From: a virus
Taxonomy: Duplodnaviria; Caudoviricetes
DNA: 64,000 nucleotides
Virus record (IMG/VR): IMGVR_UViG_3300025000_000057
Reading direction: 5' to 3' (one strand)
The notes below the pieces were generated by a model that was not told the DNA's origin, did no database searches, and saw only the letters and a list, made by a program, of their open reading frames with translations. Shown here in pieces: positions 1 through 7,976 of this stretch. Positions within the stretch are counted from its first letter, which is position 1; each line of letters opens with the position of its first letter. The translations under genes and the position numbers were made by a program.

Positions 1-16
1 AAATATCAAGTACAAT

Positions 17-367
17 GTGACAGTTGATGGTCTTGAGCTAACAGGAGAGCGTATAACAATAACAAGAGAGTTAGCTAATAAACACCTTGGGTTAGATAAA
101 TTAGATCCAAATGACGCCACCGTTAGATGGCGTAGTCTTATTATAAACCGAGAGGGTAGTTTACTCTCAGCAACAGACGACTTAATAATACTGGCTGATG
201 ATGAAGAGAAAAGTCAGTGGTCATCTGTAAGGGTTCGTAGAGACACAAAAGAGTTTGGAGAAGATTGGTCTAATCGAATGGGTATTAGCCAGGCTCAGTT
301 CTACGAAGAGGCGGTTCACCATTACGTTAAACAGTTCTTAGACGGTAATTCGCAAGATACTAATTAA
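17..367 (+). CDS. hypothetical protein (may begin upstream of the window)
   Basis: 116-aa ORF followed by a long hairpin; no recognisable motif. Confidence 0.6.
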   Translation: MTVDGLELTGERITITRELANKHLGLDKLDPNDATVRWRSLIINREGSLLSATDDLIILADDEEKSQWSSVRVRRDTKEFGEDWSNRMGISQAQFYEEAVHHYVKQFLDGNSQDTN

Positions 368-371
368 ACCT

Positions 372-409
372 AATATGGGGTATGTTCTATTATGAACATA
401 CCCCATATT
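372..409. terminator. 16-bp perfect inverted repeat, putative terminator
   Basis: AATATGGGGTATGTTC / GAACATACCCCATATT with a 6-nt loop, intergenic. Confidence 0.6.
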
Positions 410-485
410 CTTAAAGAAGGTGATAAGGTGCTTAAGTTTATATGCAAGCTTATTGTAGGTAAACGTAAGATGGAGATGATGTGCC

Positions 486-1157
486 GTGAACAACGTAAGA
501 GAAGGCAATGGGCTATGCACTTCAAAAACAAATGCTACTTTGGGTAAGTTTATAGTATTTGAAGGAGTAGATGGCTGCGGGAAGACTACGCAAGTACAAC
601 TCCTTATGGAGTATTTAAAGAGTAAGAATATACCAGCGATACTTACAAAAGAGCCGGGCGGTACCAGTATAGGTGATAAAATAAGAGGGATTTTATTAGA
701 CCCTGATAATACCGAAATGGTACCTAGAACTGAAATGCTATTATATGCTGTCAGTAGAGGTCAACAGGCTTTTGAGAAAATCATCCCTACACTCAAGAGT
801 GGTACGACCGTAGTATGTGACAGATATTTCTACAGTAGCTTAGCCTACCAAGGAGGAGGTCGAGGGCTTAATAAAGATATAATATTAGAATTACATAGAA
901 TTGCTACAGACGATCTACATGCAGACCTTGTAATACTCATTGACATAACTGTAGAAGAATCTACGAGAAGGTTAACGGGGCGTAGAGGAGTTGCTCTTGA
1001 TAGATTAGAGAGAGAAACTGTTGAATTCTTTCAAAGAACACGAGCTGCTTATCTCGAACAAGCTAAATCTCCGAGATTTAATATCGTCAACGGAGATGAT
1101 ACAGTTGCTAATATACATAATAAAATTAAGACTCTAATTGATAACTTATATAAATAA
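486..1157 (+). CDS. tmk: thymidylate kinase
   Basis: P-loop FIVFEGVDGCGKTTQ, TKEPGG and CDRY..SSLAYQG motifs. Confidence 0.95.
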   Translation: MNNVREGNGLCTSKTNATLGKFIVFEGVDGCGKTTQVQLLMEYLKSKNIPAILTKEPGGTSIGDKIRGILLDPDNTEMVPRTEMLLYAVSRGQQAFEKIIPTLKSGTTVVCDRYFYSSLAYQGGGRGLNKDIILELHRIATDDLHADLVILIDITVEESTRRLTGRRGVALDRLERETVEFFQRTRAAYLEQAKSPRFNIVNGDDTVANIHNKIKTLIDNLYK

Positions 1158-1208
1158 CTGGTTACAAAAGCGTAACCAGTTATTTATATTAAGGGAGGTT
1201 AACATGAT

Positions 1209-1403
1209 ATGTTTAAAGTAACCAATTGGAGTAACCCGACTACATCTAAAAACGTAGAGGGTAAAGACCATAAAGACGCTGTTCGTAAAAGTGGTTACTC
1301 TGAACCTGGTAATACAGTTACTGTCCAAGATAGACACGAACACCATAGGTATTCTGTAAGTGAGACTGGCAAATTGATTCAGCAATCTAGCTATAAATAC
1401 TAG
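1209..1403 (+). CDS. hypothetical protein
   Basis: 64-aa ORF with GGGAGG SD. Confidence 0.6.
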   Translation: MFKVTNWSNPTTSKNVEGKDHKDAVRKSGYSEPGNTVTVQDRHEHHRYSVSETGKLIQQSSYKY

Positions 1404-1415
1404 GAGGTGCTGTAA

Positions 1416-1694
1416 TTGGATCAAGATCGAGGTGTTATTACGTCTATTAGTATAGCACCGGATGATAAGACTGTTAACCCAACTCCCGAGCCGACTCATG
1501 GGAGAATAGCTAATACAGCTTATCAAACATACAAACAATTAGCTAATCTTAATAACGGAGCATTAGATACTATTGATAATGCAGCAGAGATTGTAGTTGG
1601 CACTGTTACAGGTATTGCTAACATACTAGCAACTAGTACACTTGGGATGTTTAAATTAGCAACAGGTTTACTTCGCATAAATAAGAAAGATTAA
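1416..1694 (+). CDS. hypothetical protein
   Basis: GGAGG SD, TTG start. Confidence 0.6.
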   Translation: MDQDRGVITSISIAPDDKTVNPTPEPTHGRIANTAYQTYKQLANLNNGALDTIDNAAEIVVGTVTGIANILATSTLGMFKLATGLLRINKKD

Positions 1695-1730
1695 AAACCT
1701 ATTGCCCTTAATAAAAAGGGCAATAGGTTT
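1695..1730. terminator. 15-bp inverted repeat, putative terminator
   Basis: AAACCTATTGCCCTT / AAGGGCAATAGGTTT directly after the stop codon. Confidence 0.65.
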
Positions 1731-1761
1731 ATTTGAATATAATTGAGAGGGGAATGTATAG

Positions 1762-2412
1762 ATGAGTGGTACTCAAGAGCAGCAAGAGCGTACATCTAGT
1801 TTTACAGCCTTCTACGGAACATTAATCTGTAGAGTCACAGGACGGAATGAAAGTATCCGGCAAGTAACTGAAACTATCGCAGAGAAGACAATCTTCTTGA
1901 ATTGCGTGTATGATGTGCCCGTACGCCAGCCGAATGGTAACTACGGACTGGAAAGCCATTGGGTTGATGTTATCGTCCCTCACTTCTTAGCTAAGCGTCT
2001 TGATCAATATCTTATCAAAGGTAAGTTTCTTACCGTTAACGGTACTATTAGGATGGGCCATTACGTTGGTAAAGTGGTCGACCCTAATGGAATATGCTGC
2101 CCCACATGCAATTCCAGATTGGCCGTTGAGATGAATGTTAAGAAGCTAAAAGTCGAGATACTTGCTAATGATATTAGACTTTTACCAGGCAGCAAAGCAA
2201 CTACATCTACCGACGGTCAGCCCTTAGGTGTTACAAATGTAACTACGATGCAAGCAACTGGTCAGCCGGTAGCTCAGGGCGGACAAGTGCAGCAATTTCC
2301 TGTTAACAACGTTAATACCCAATATATTGCCCAGTCTAGTATCGAATCTGGCACCCAAAACCCGTTGGTTACAGCAGGTGCTAACGTTAATATTGATGAT
2401 ATACCGTTTTAA
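1762..2412 (+). CDS. ssb: single-stranded DNA-binding protein 1 (OB fold with Cys-containing insert)
   Basis: ESHWVDVIV and YLIKGKFLTVNGTI OB-fold motifs; acidic C-terminus NIDDIPF. Confidence 0.85.
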   Translation: MSGTQEQQERTSSFTAFYGTLICRVTGRNESIRQVTETIAEKTIFLNCVYDVPVRQPNGNYGLESHWVDVIVPHFLAKRLDQYLIKGKFLTVNGTIRMGHYVGKVVDPNGICCPTCNSRLAVEMNVKKLKVEILANDIRLLPGSKATTSTDGQPLGVTNVTTMQATGQPVAQGGQVQQFPVNNVNTQYIAQSSIESGTQNPLVTAGANVNIDDIPF

Positions 2413-2444
2413 CAGAGGACGTTAAGTTCTCTGTATCATGTAAC

Positions 2445-2473
2445 TTGACACATTGCTACAAGATATATATACT
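2445..2473 (+). promoter_or_regulatory. sigmaA-type promoter
   Basis: TTGACA-17nt-TATACT. Confidence 0.6.
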
Positions 2474-2888
2474 GGGTAACAGGGTGGTGATTGTTATAAA
2501 GACGCCAATGTTAGAACCAGTGGTTAATGAATTGGCCGACGAACTTATGCAAGTTGTATTAAAATATAAAAGTAAGATTACAAGGTATCAAGCTATGGAG
2601 GCTATCGGTTTTATATGTCAAGCTATGGTAGGTGGGTATATTAAACCAGAAAGACATAAAGAATACGCTGAATATTCTATAGAGATGTATCAGTATTTGT
2701 TAGGCGTTCTGGACGATTTTAATAAAGAACGTCCAGATATGCCGATAGGTGTATCTCTCTTCGTACTTGGTCATTTATATTATTTCTTAGCCAAAGGATT
2801 ACAAGATCTCCAGAAAGGAGAGATAACTCATGATTCAAAGTCAAGTGCTCCAGAATCTCAATCTCCATCAGGGAGTAAAACAAAATAG
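2445..2888 (+). CDS. hypothetical protein (true start probably downstream of 2445)
   Basis: ORF; the computed TTG start overlaps the -35 box. Confidence 0.55.
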   Translation: MTHCYKIYILGNRVVIVIKTPMLEPVVNELADELMQVVLKYKSKITRYQAMEAIGFICQAMVGGYIKPERHKEYAEYSIEMYQYLLGVLDDFNKERPDMPIGVSLFVLGHLYYFLAKGLQDLQKGEITHDSKSSAPESQSPSGSKTK

Positions 2889-3582
2889 TGTAACTTTAAT
2901 CCTATCAGCATTTCTACCTGACGTTATTGGCAGAGCTTTTCTACTTGCACAATGGATCGACAAGGAAAAAGTAACTGTCACGGCATATGCTATAAGTGGA
3001 AAACACTTTATTAAACAGTATGAGAAAACAATGCCACATGCAGACCTAATGACGGCCATGATTAATGTACGGGCCGGATACGGGGTAACAGGCTGGCTAA
3101 TTACTCACTGGGATGAGCAAGATAAGGCTATCAATCATGCTATATCTGAGATAAAAGGAGACTATTCACAACATAAACTAAGTCTTGATTTACTATATAA
3201 CGCTCCTATTCTCAGTTGGTATGATGGCCTTTTGATAGAGATTAAACCTCCATGTAAAAGTTGTCCTAAGAGTATACTTTGTTCTGGTGTCTGTAATAAT
3301 AAGCAACATACGAATCCTGAGTATTCAGAGTTTACTCTTTCAGAAGGTGAAGGAATATATCTCACTCTTAAGTCTACGCCGGTAGATGATAAAGAGATGA
3401 TTTGTATATCCAAAACAAGTGTTGATGGTTTAATTATCGCCAGACTTTATATTAAGATTGGCGATACGAAACAAAAATATCATGATTTTAGTGGTACACC
3501 CGGTGAGTTTAGTGATTACCTAAAACAGTTTAGTACTAAATTCTTAGAACCAAAAGGTGCTAAATGGGTACCCGATGACTAA
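2830..3582 (+). CDS. hypothetical protein
   Basis: 250-aa ORF overlapping the upstream gene, with a CxxC/CxxxC cluster. Confidence 0.6.
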   Translation: MIQSQVLQNLNLHQGVKQNSVTLILSAFLPDVIGRAFLLAQWIDKEKVTVTAYAISGKHFIKQYEKTMPHADLMTAMINVRAGYGVTGWLITHWDEQDKAINHAISEIKGDYSQHKLSLDLLYNAPILSWYDGLLIEIKPPCKSCPKSILCSGVCNNKQHTNPEYSEFTLSEGEGIYLTLKSTPVDDKEMICISKTSVDGLIIARLYIKIGDTKQKYHDFSGTPGEFSDYLKQFSTKFLEPKGAKWVPDD

Positions 3583-3602
3583 TATACAAAGGAGAGATTC
3601 TA

Positions 3603-3926
3603 ATGGCTGGACAAGTACGACGCAAAGAAGATGCTGTTAACCATGTTATGGCTACTGCGAAGCTAACCAAAGACCAGGCTACTGATGCTGTTAATGCCTT
3701 TCTTAGTTTCTTAAAAGAGGAACCTGCCAAAGGCAATAAAGTGCAGCTCATAGGTGAGATTACAGCTGAACCTGTTTATAGAAAAGCTCGCAAGGGCCGC
3801 AATCCTCAAACTGGTGGCGAAATTGATATTGAGGCTAAGAACCTCATAAAGTTAACAGCCGGCTCTAACTTTGATAAGGCTGTAGCACATTGTGATTTCT
3901 CAAGGATACGTGAGTCGGGTTCTTAA
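3603..3926 (+). CDS. hup: HU/IHF-family DNA-binding protein
   Basis: RKARKGRNPQTGGEIDIEAK arm motif. Confidence 0.88.
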   Translation: MAGQVRRKEDAVNHVMATAKLTKDQATDAVNAFLSFLKEEPAKGNKVQLIGEITAEPVYRKARKGRNPQTGGEIDIEAKNLIKLTAGSNFDKAVAHCDFSRIRESGS

Positions 3927-3968
3927 ATCCGACTCTTATCTAATACAGCACTAGCGGAGGTTCAACAC

Positions 3969-4730
3969 ATGGCAAAAGAAGTACAAAGAGACATATTCTT
4001 AGTAGAGAGGGGGATTACTGAAGAGAAATTGTGCGCTGTAGGTGCGGCACAATGCTATCGGCCAGATAATGCTAGGATAATCTATGAAAACATGGCTGAT
4101 GAAAGCATTGCTAGACAATTAACCAGCAGGCTAACAGAAGGTCATGTTAGCATACTGGCACATGGCGTAGCTACATTCTTCGTAGCAGGCTACACCCGTA
4201 GATTTCTGGCTCAGATTACTCGGAATACATTCCTTAAGCCGAGTGTACAGAGTCAACAGTTTATTCTTCATAAAGATTTCTCCTGGTCATCTACACCACT
4301 GATTGATATGGTACCGGTTGTTAAAGACTTTATTATAGCTCAGATGGAAGAAGATCAGAAGATATACAATCAGGTACACTCTCATCTGCAAAGGTTTCTT
4401 GATGATAATCCGGAGATTGCCAAACAGTTTAATAAAGATCAGGCTCAGGATGATGCCAGGTTAATGCTGAGAAACATTACAGAATCTAATATGATACTTA
4501 CCGGTACTATGTGGGCCTGGTATGAAGCCTTGCCTAAACGTATCTGCAGGCGCAACACTGAAGAGACTGTAGCTTTTTGCGTTAGCTGTTTGCGTCAATT
4601 AAGAGAGCAGCACCCAAGTATATTTAATTACTGTGGCGCACCCTGCCAAATGGGTGAGTGCCCGGAGAAACGTCCATGTAAGATCGGCCCGTATCCGGGT
4701 AATGTATGGGAAGGGACGGCTGTTATTTAA
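3969..4730 (+). CDS. thyX: ThyX-like flavin-dependent thymidylate synthase homologue with a divergent motif
   Basis: EGHVSILAH, AQITR..SVQSQQF, ARLMLRN.TE and CGAPCQMGECPE align with the ThyX layout; next to dCMP deaminase. Confidence 0.75.
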   Translation: MAKEVQRDIFLVERGITEEKLCAVGAAQCYRPDNARIIYENMADESIARQLTSRLTEGHVSILAHGVATFFVAGYTRRFLAQITRNTFLKPSVQSQQFILHKDFSWSSTPLIDMVPVVKDFIIAQMEEDQKIYNQVHSHLQRFLDDNPEIAKQFNKDQAQDDARLMLRNITESNMILTGTMWAWYEALPKRICRRNTEETVAFCVSCLRQLREQHPSIFNYCGAPCQMGECPEKRPCKIGPYPGNVWEGTAVI

Positions 4731-5443
4731 TGAGTGAAGAAACTGTAAAGTATTATTCAGAAACTCAGGAAGAGTTTGATAGACGAATGATGAAAGAGGC
4801 CGAGGCTATCTCTGTAAACTCGCCTTGTCTTAAGAAAAAGAATGGTGCTATTCTGGTATCAGCATCCGGGCCGATGACTACTGTAATGGAATGGAACGAT
4901 CTTAAGGATCGTTCATTATGCACTCCAGAGAAATGTCCCCGCATAGGTGCCGAGGCCGGCATTTGGAGCGAGGGTCAACCGGTTTGTGATGTTATTCATG
5001 CCGAAGTTAGGTTAATATGCGCGAGTGCTGAATGTGGAGTACCAATGCTAAATGGTACAGTATATTGTACTTATCAGCCGTGTGTTAACTGTGCAACTCT
5101 AGTATCTTTGACAGGAATTAAGCGGCTTGTTTACAGAGATACTTACGGTCAAGACAAAGCTAAGCCGGCTATGGATATCTTGAAAGATGCTGGTATTGAA
5201 GTAGAGCAATTGGATGCTCAATCCGCCGTAGACAAGGATATAGATGTTAAACTACTTCGTAGATTCGAATGCGGTATCGCATGTTTACAGCATGGTGAAT
5301 GTATAAAAACTGATTACGATTGTGAAGAAGATATGCCGGAAGGTACTTGCTGCGGACTTTGTGAAAAGTTTGATAATTGTGAGTATCCATGCCAAGATGT
5401 TGTTTTAAAGTTCGAAGAATGTACAGATCTTGGCAAGGATTAA
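4706..5443 (+). CDS. dCMP deaminase with a Cys-rich C-terminal extension (likely start 4730)
   Basis: SPC..KKNGA, HAE and PCVNC zinc motifs. Confidence 0.85.
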   Translation: MGRDGCYLMSEETVKYYSETQEEFDRRMMKEAEAISVNSPCLKKKNGAILVSASGPMTTVMEWNDLKDRSLCTPEKCPRIGAEAGIWSEGQPVCDVIHAEVRLICASAECGVPMLNGTVYCTYQPCVNCATLVSLTGIKRLVYRDTYGQDKAKPAMDILKDAGIEVEQLDAQSAVDKDIDVKLLRRFECGIACLQHGECIKTDYDCEEDMPEGTCCGLCEKFDNCEYPCQDVVLKFEECTDLGKD

Positions 5444-5447
5444 GGAT

Positions 5448-5525
5448 ATGATACCTGCCGACTTAGGTATTGTAACAGGTCTTATCCTTATAGGAGTTCT
5501 TATAGGATTAATGATTCCACGTTGA
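5448..5525 (+). CDS. 25-aa hydrophobic peptide
   Basis: AAGGA SD; MIPADLGIVTGLILIGVLIGLMIPR. Confidence 0.4.
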   Translation: MIPADLGIVTGLILIGVLIGLMIPR

Positions 5526-5540
5526 AAAGAGGGTGTAAGA

Positions 5541-5708
5541 TTGCTTAATATTATATGTAGTTGCGGACAATCGGTTCTGATAGATAAATCTATAGGTATG
5601 GAAGAACTTATGCATGTAGGCTTTGAGATCAGAACTACGGGTAATGACGATATCGAATTACGTTGTCGTTCCTGTGATGAAAAGATCACCTTTAAGGAAA
5701 GTGAGTAA
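5541..5708 (+). CDS. 55-aa putative zinc-ribbon protein
   Basis: GAGGG SD, TTG start; CSC...CRSC. Confidence 0.55.
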   Translation: MLNIICSCGQSVLIDKSIGMEELMHVGFEIRTTGNDDIELRCRSCDEKITFKESE

Positions 5709-5768
5709 GATAATCTGTCTGAAGTAGGTTCAAATCTTTATCGTTCGACTAAAGACTAATAAGATTAT

Positions 5769-6049
5769 TACAGAATAGCAATCGTGGTGGTGAACACGAG
5801 ACGCGAAAAGACAAGGTGAGCGTCGGTGAATAAGGAGATACGTGACGCTCCGAATATTTGCTGGCCTAATGGGTGCCCTGAAATAACAGGGCCGATGACA
5901 GCTCTACCTATCTGTGAATTGACACAGTGATACCGTCATATGGTGCCAGGTCTAACTGTATGATTTGTGTGTAACCAGGGAATTAAATCCAGGTAACTGT
6001 ATGTAGCCTAGCCCATGACCAAGTAAGTTCGAATCTTACCTATTCTGTA
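5769..6049 (+). ncRNA. unassigned structured RNA closed by a tRNA-like acceptor stem and T-arm
   Basis: TACAGAATAG (5769-78) pairs with CTATTCTGTA (6040-49); T-arm GTAAG-TTCGAAT-CTTAC abuts the 3' strand; GC-enriched interior with no ORF. Confidence 0.6.
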
Positions 6050-6077
6050 TTTAAACTAATAGATAGGAGTTGTTTTA

Positions 6078-6443
6078 ATGCCAGAAGATGCATCAGAAGA
6101 TAAATCCCTTATCAGTATGTCTGTAAGCGATTTTACCAAGAAGGTTACGCCCGTAAATGTTAAAGACGGTAACGAATTATTCCTCTTTAAGTGCGCTGGC
6201 TGCGGCGGTCTACATTTCCGTCATGCCGGGTATGTAGAGATGGTAATGCCCTATATGAGGGCGGATAAAACCAAGAATGTCTCAACCGACTCTTACAGTG
6301 TTAAAGTATGCGTAGCCTGCCGCAAGTGCTATATCTGGGTAAATGATCAGGTCTATGATATTACAGAACACATTGACTTGAAAGCTTGGGAGAAGCTTGA
6401 GAAAGAAGCTCATAAAGCCGTAGGCCCGGGTGGAAATTGCTAA
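6078..6443 (+). CDS. hypothetical zinc-finger protein
   Basis: AGGAG SD; CAGC...CVAC. Confidence 0.7.
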   Translation: MPEDASEDKSLISMSVSDFTKKVTPVNVKDGNELFLFKCAGCGGLHFRHAGYVEMVMPYMRADKTKNVSTDSYSVKVCVACRKCYIWVNDQVYDITEHIDLKAWEKLEKEAHKAVGPGGNC

Positions 6444-6471
6444 ACTTAGCCGCCGTAACTGGCGGTCACAT

Positions 6472-6554
6472 CAGGGGTTCTCCTAACGGTAAGGAAGTGT
6501 CGCGCCTAGGCTCCGACGACGCCATAGCGGGTTCAATTCCCGCACCCTTGACCA
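6472..6554 (+). tRNA. tRNA-like gene (83 nt) with a non-canonical anticodon arm, possibly Pro identity
   Basis: acceptor CAGGGGT/ACCCTTG, A73, encoded CCA; D-arm TCCT/AGGA with GG in the loop; T-arm GCGGG-TTCAATT-CCCGC. Confidence 0.7.
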
Positions 6555-6567
6555 CTTACAAAGTTAT

Positions 6568-6601
6568 AATTACGCCTGGTTAAAATAAACCAGGCGTAAT
6601 T
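6568..6601. terminator. 14-bp inverted repeat after the tRNA-like gene
   Basis: AATTACGCCTGGTT / AACCAGGCGTAATT. Confidence 0.6.
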
Positions 6602-6664
6602 AATAAGTAAAAGGAAATACAGTAATAAAAGACAATACTACAGTAAGAAGTAAATGTTAATATC

Positions 6665-6790
6665 TTCAGGGTAGTGGGGTTGTGCGATCATCCGGATCCC
6701 GCCCGGAACGGTAATATCGGCCATTTAAGCCCGAGGCGGTAAAGTTTAGATTAGTCAGTAGCCAGGTGAGGGAATCTGGCCTACCCTGAA
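6665..6790 (+). ncRNA. unassigned 126-nt structured RNA
   Basis: 10-bp terminal stem TTCAGGGTAG/CTACCCTGAA; GCCAG/CTGGC hairpin abutting the 3' strand; GC-rich island in AT-rich spacer. Confidence 0.55.
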
Positions 6791-7706
6791 TATTTATATA
6801 TCACATAAGAAAGGAGATGAAATAAGAGTGCATCTATTACACGATAGTACGGTTGTATGTTGCTTGCTAGATAAGGTATTCTGCGGAATGCTGGTATGCA
6901 TATATATAGACTTACCATACGCATACCTTTCTCTGGTTAAGCTACAACAGGGCGCCCCGCAACTATCACCGGAGATACACGGATTTCCAACCGGTTTTAC
7001 TTAAGGGTTTTGCTTAGTTCCCGAATATTTATATTTTAGCTCATTACCTGAGGGGTTGGGCCGGGCCGATATTGCTGTGACCGGCCCTCGGTTCATTTAT
7101 TGATTAATAAGAAAGGAGGTGAATACTAATTACTATATTAATAGCCTTTTGCCGGTTTTCTGGTTATGCGTGTAATTGTTATGTGTATGAAGGATCTTCT
7201 AAGCATATTGCTGTTTTAGGATATGGACATGCAATTGCTTTATCAGGGAATTCTCTTGCCTTAGAACGTGCTTTTATATTAGGACGTATAGGTAAGGATT
7301 TTACTGAAGCGTTTACAACTTATTGTGATGATTGGCGAGATGTAGTAAGTCGCGTAATGTATCCCATAAAGTTTATACTTAAATCATTGGCGCTTTTAAT
7401 ATCGCCAAATTGTTTATTGCCGGTGATTACCGGTACCATTTCGTTATTCCGGCGGCACTGTACTTTTGTTAGCGGTTACATCTAGCCCTTCGGGGCTAAT
7501 ACTTATCTACCTCCAATATTTATCTTACCAAAATTGCTTCTAACTGATTAAGAGAGGATGACGCCTAATGAAAGATGGTTTATACTCTAGAACCTTTGAT
7601 AAATAATATCTTGGCTGCCGGGCGCTGCCCGCGAAAGTTTCGATACGGGTAGCAGCATTTAATTTATATGATATAGTTTACTTCAGAAAGGAGGTGTTAT
7701 ATAAAA

Positions 7707-7880
7707 ATGGAATATGAATATATTTACGATTATATATACGATTTACCTTATCCGGAAGTTGAGCCATTATGGCGTAATGTTGAGTTCTTCTTAATTCCGG
7801 CAAGACTCGTATACCCGTTATTTACCATAGTCTCCGGGCCTCAGACTATTGGTGATATTCCGTATACCGATTATGGCTAA
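7707..7880 (+). CDS. 57-aa Tyr/Asp-rich small protein
   Basis: AAAGGAGGTG SD upstream; MEYEYIYDYIYDLPYPE... Confidence 0.45.
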   Translation: MEYEYIYDYIYDLPYPEVEPLWRNVEFFLIPARLVYPLFTIVSGPQTIGDIPYTDYG

Positions 7881-7976
7881 CGTCGCCCGGCCGGAGGGCT
7901 TATATCCGGTAACTAACGACCAATATTACGTATTTTCAACAAACACAGACCGGGTGTGCAGAACCCGGTCTTTTAT

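Noticed and set aside
5710-5768. GGTTCAAATC T-loop-like word inside a 7-bp closing stem
   Set aside because: No cloverleaf can be built; at most a tRNA remnant
6501-6511. CTA in the tRNA-like loop as an amber suppressor, implying TAG recoding
   Set aside because: No U33 before CTA; TAG ends several genes and the tmRNA tag normally, and long genes show no internal TAG, so code 11 applies
6721-6745. TTAAGCCCGAGGCG resembling the pistol ribozyme core
   Set aside because: The upstream P1/pseudoknot arrangement of pistol could not be built
7543-7580. Hammerhead-like CTGAT...GAAA
   Set aside because: The core reads CTGATTA rather than CUGANGA, and stem II is absent
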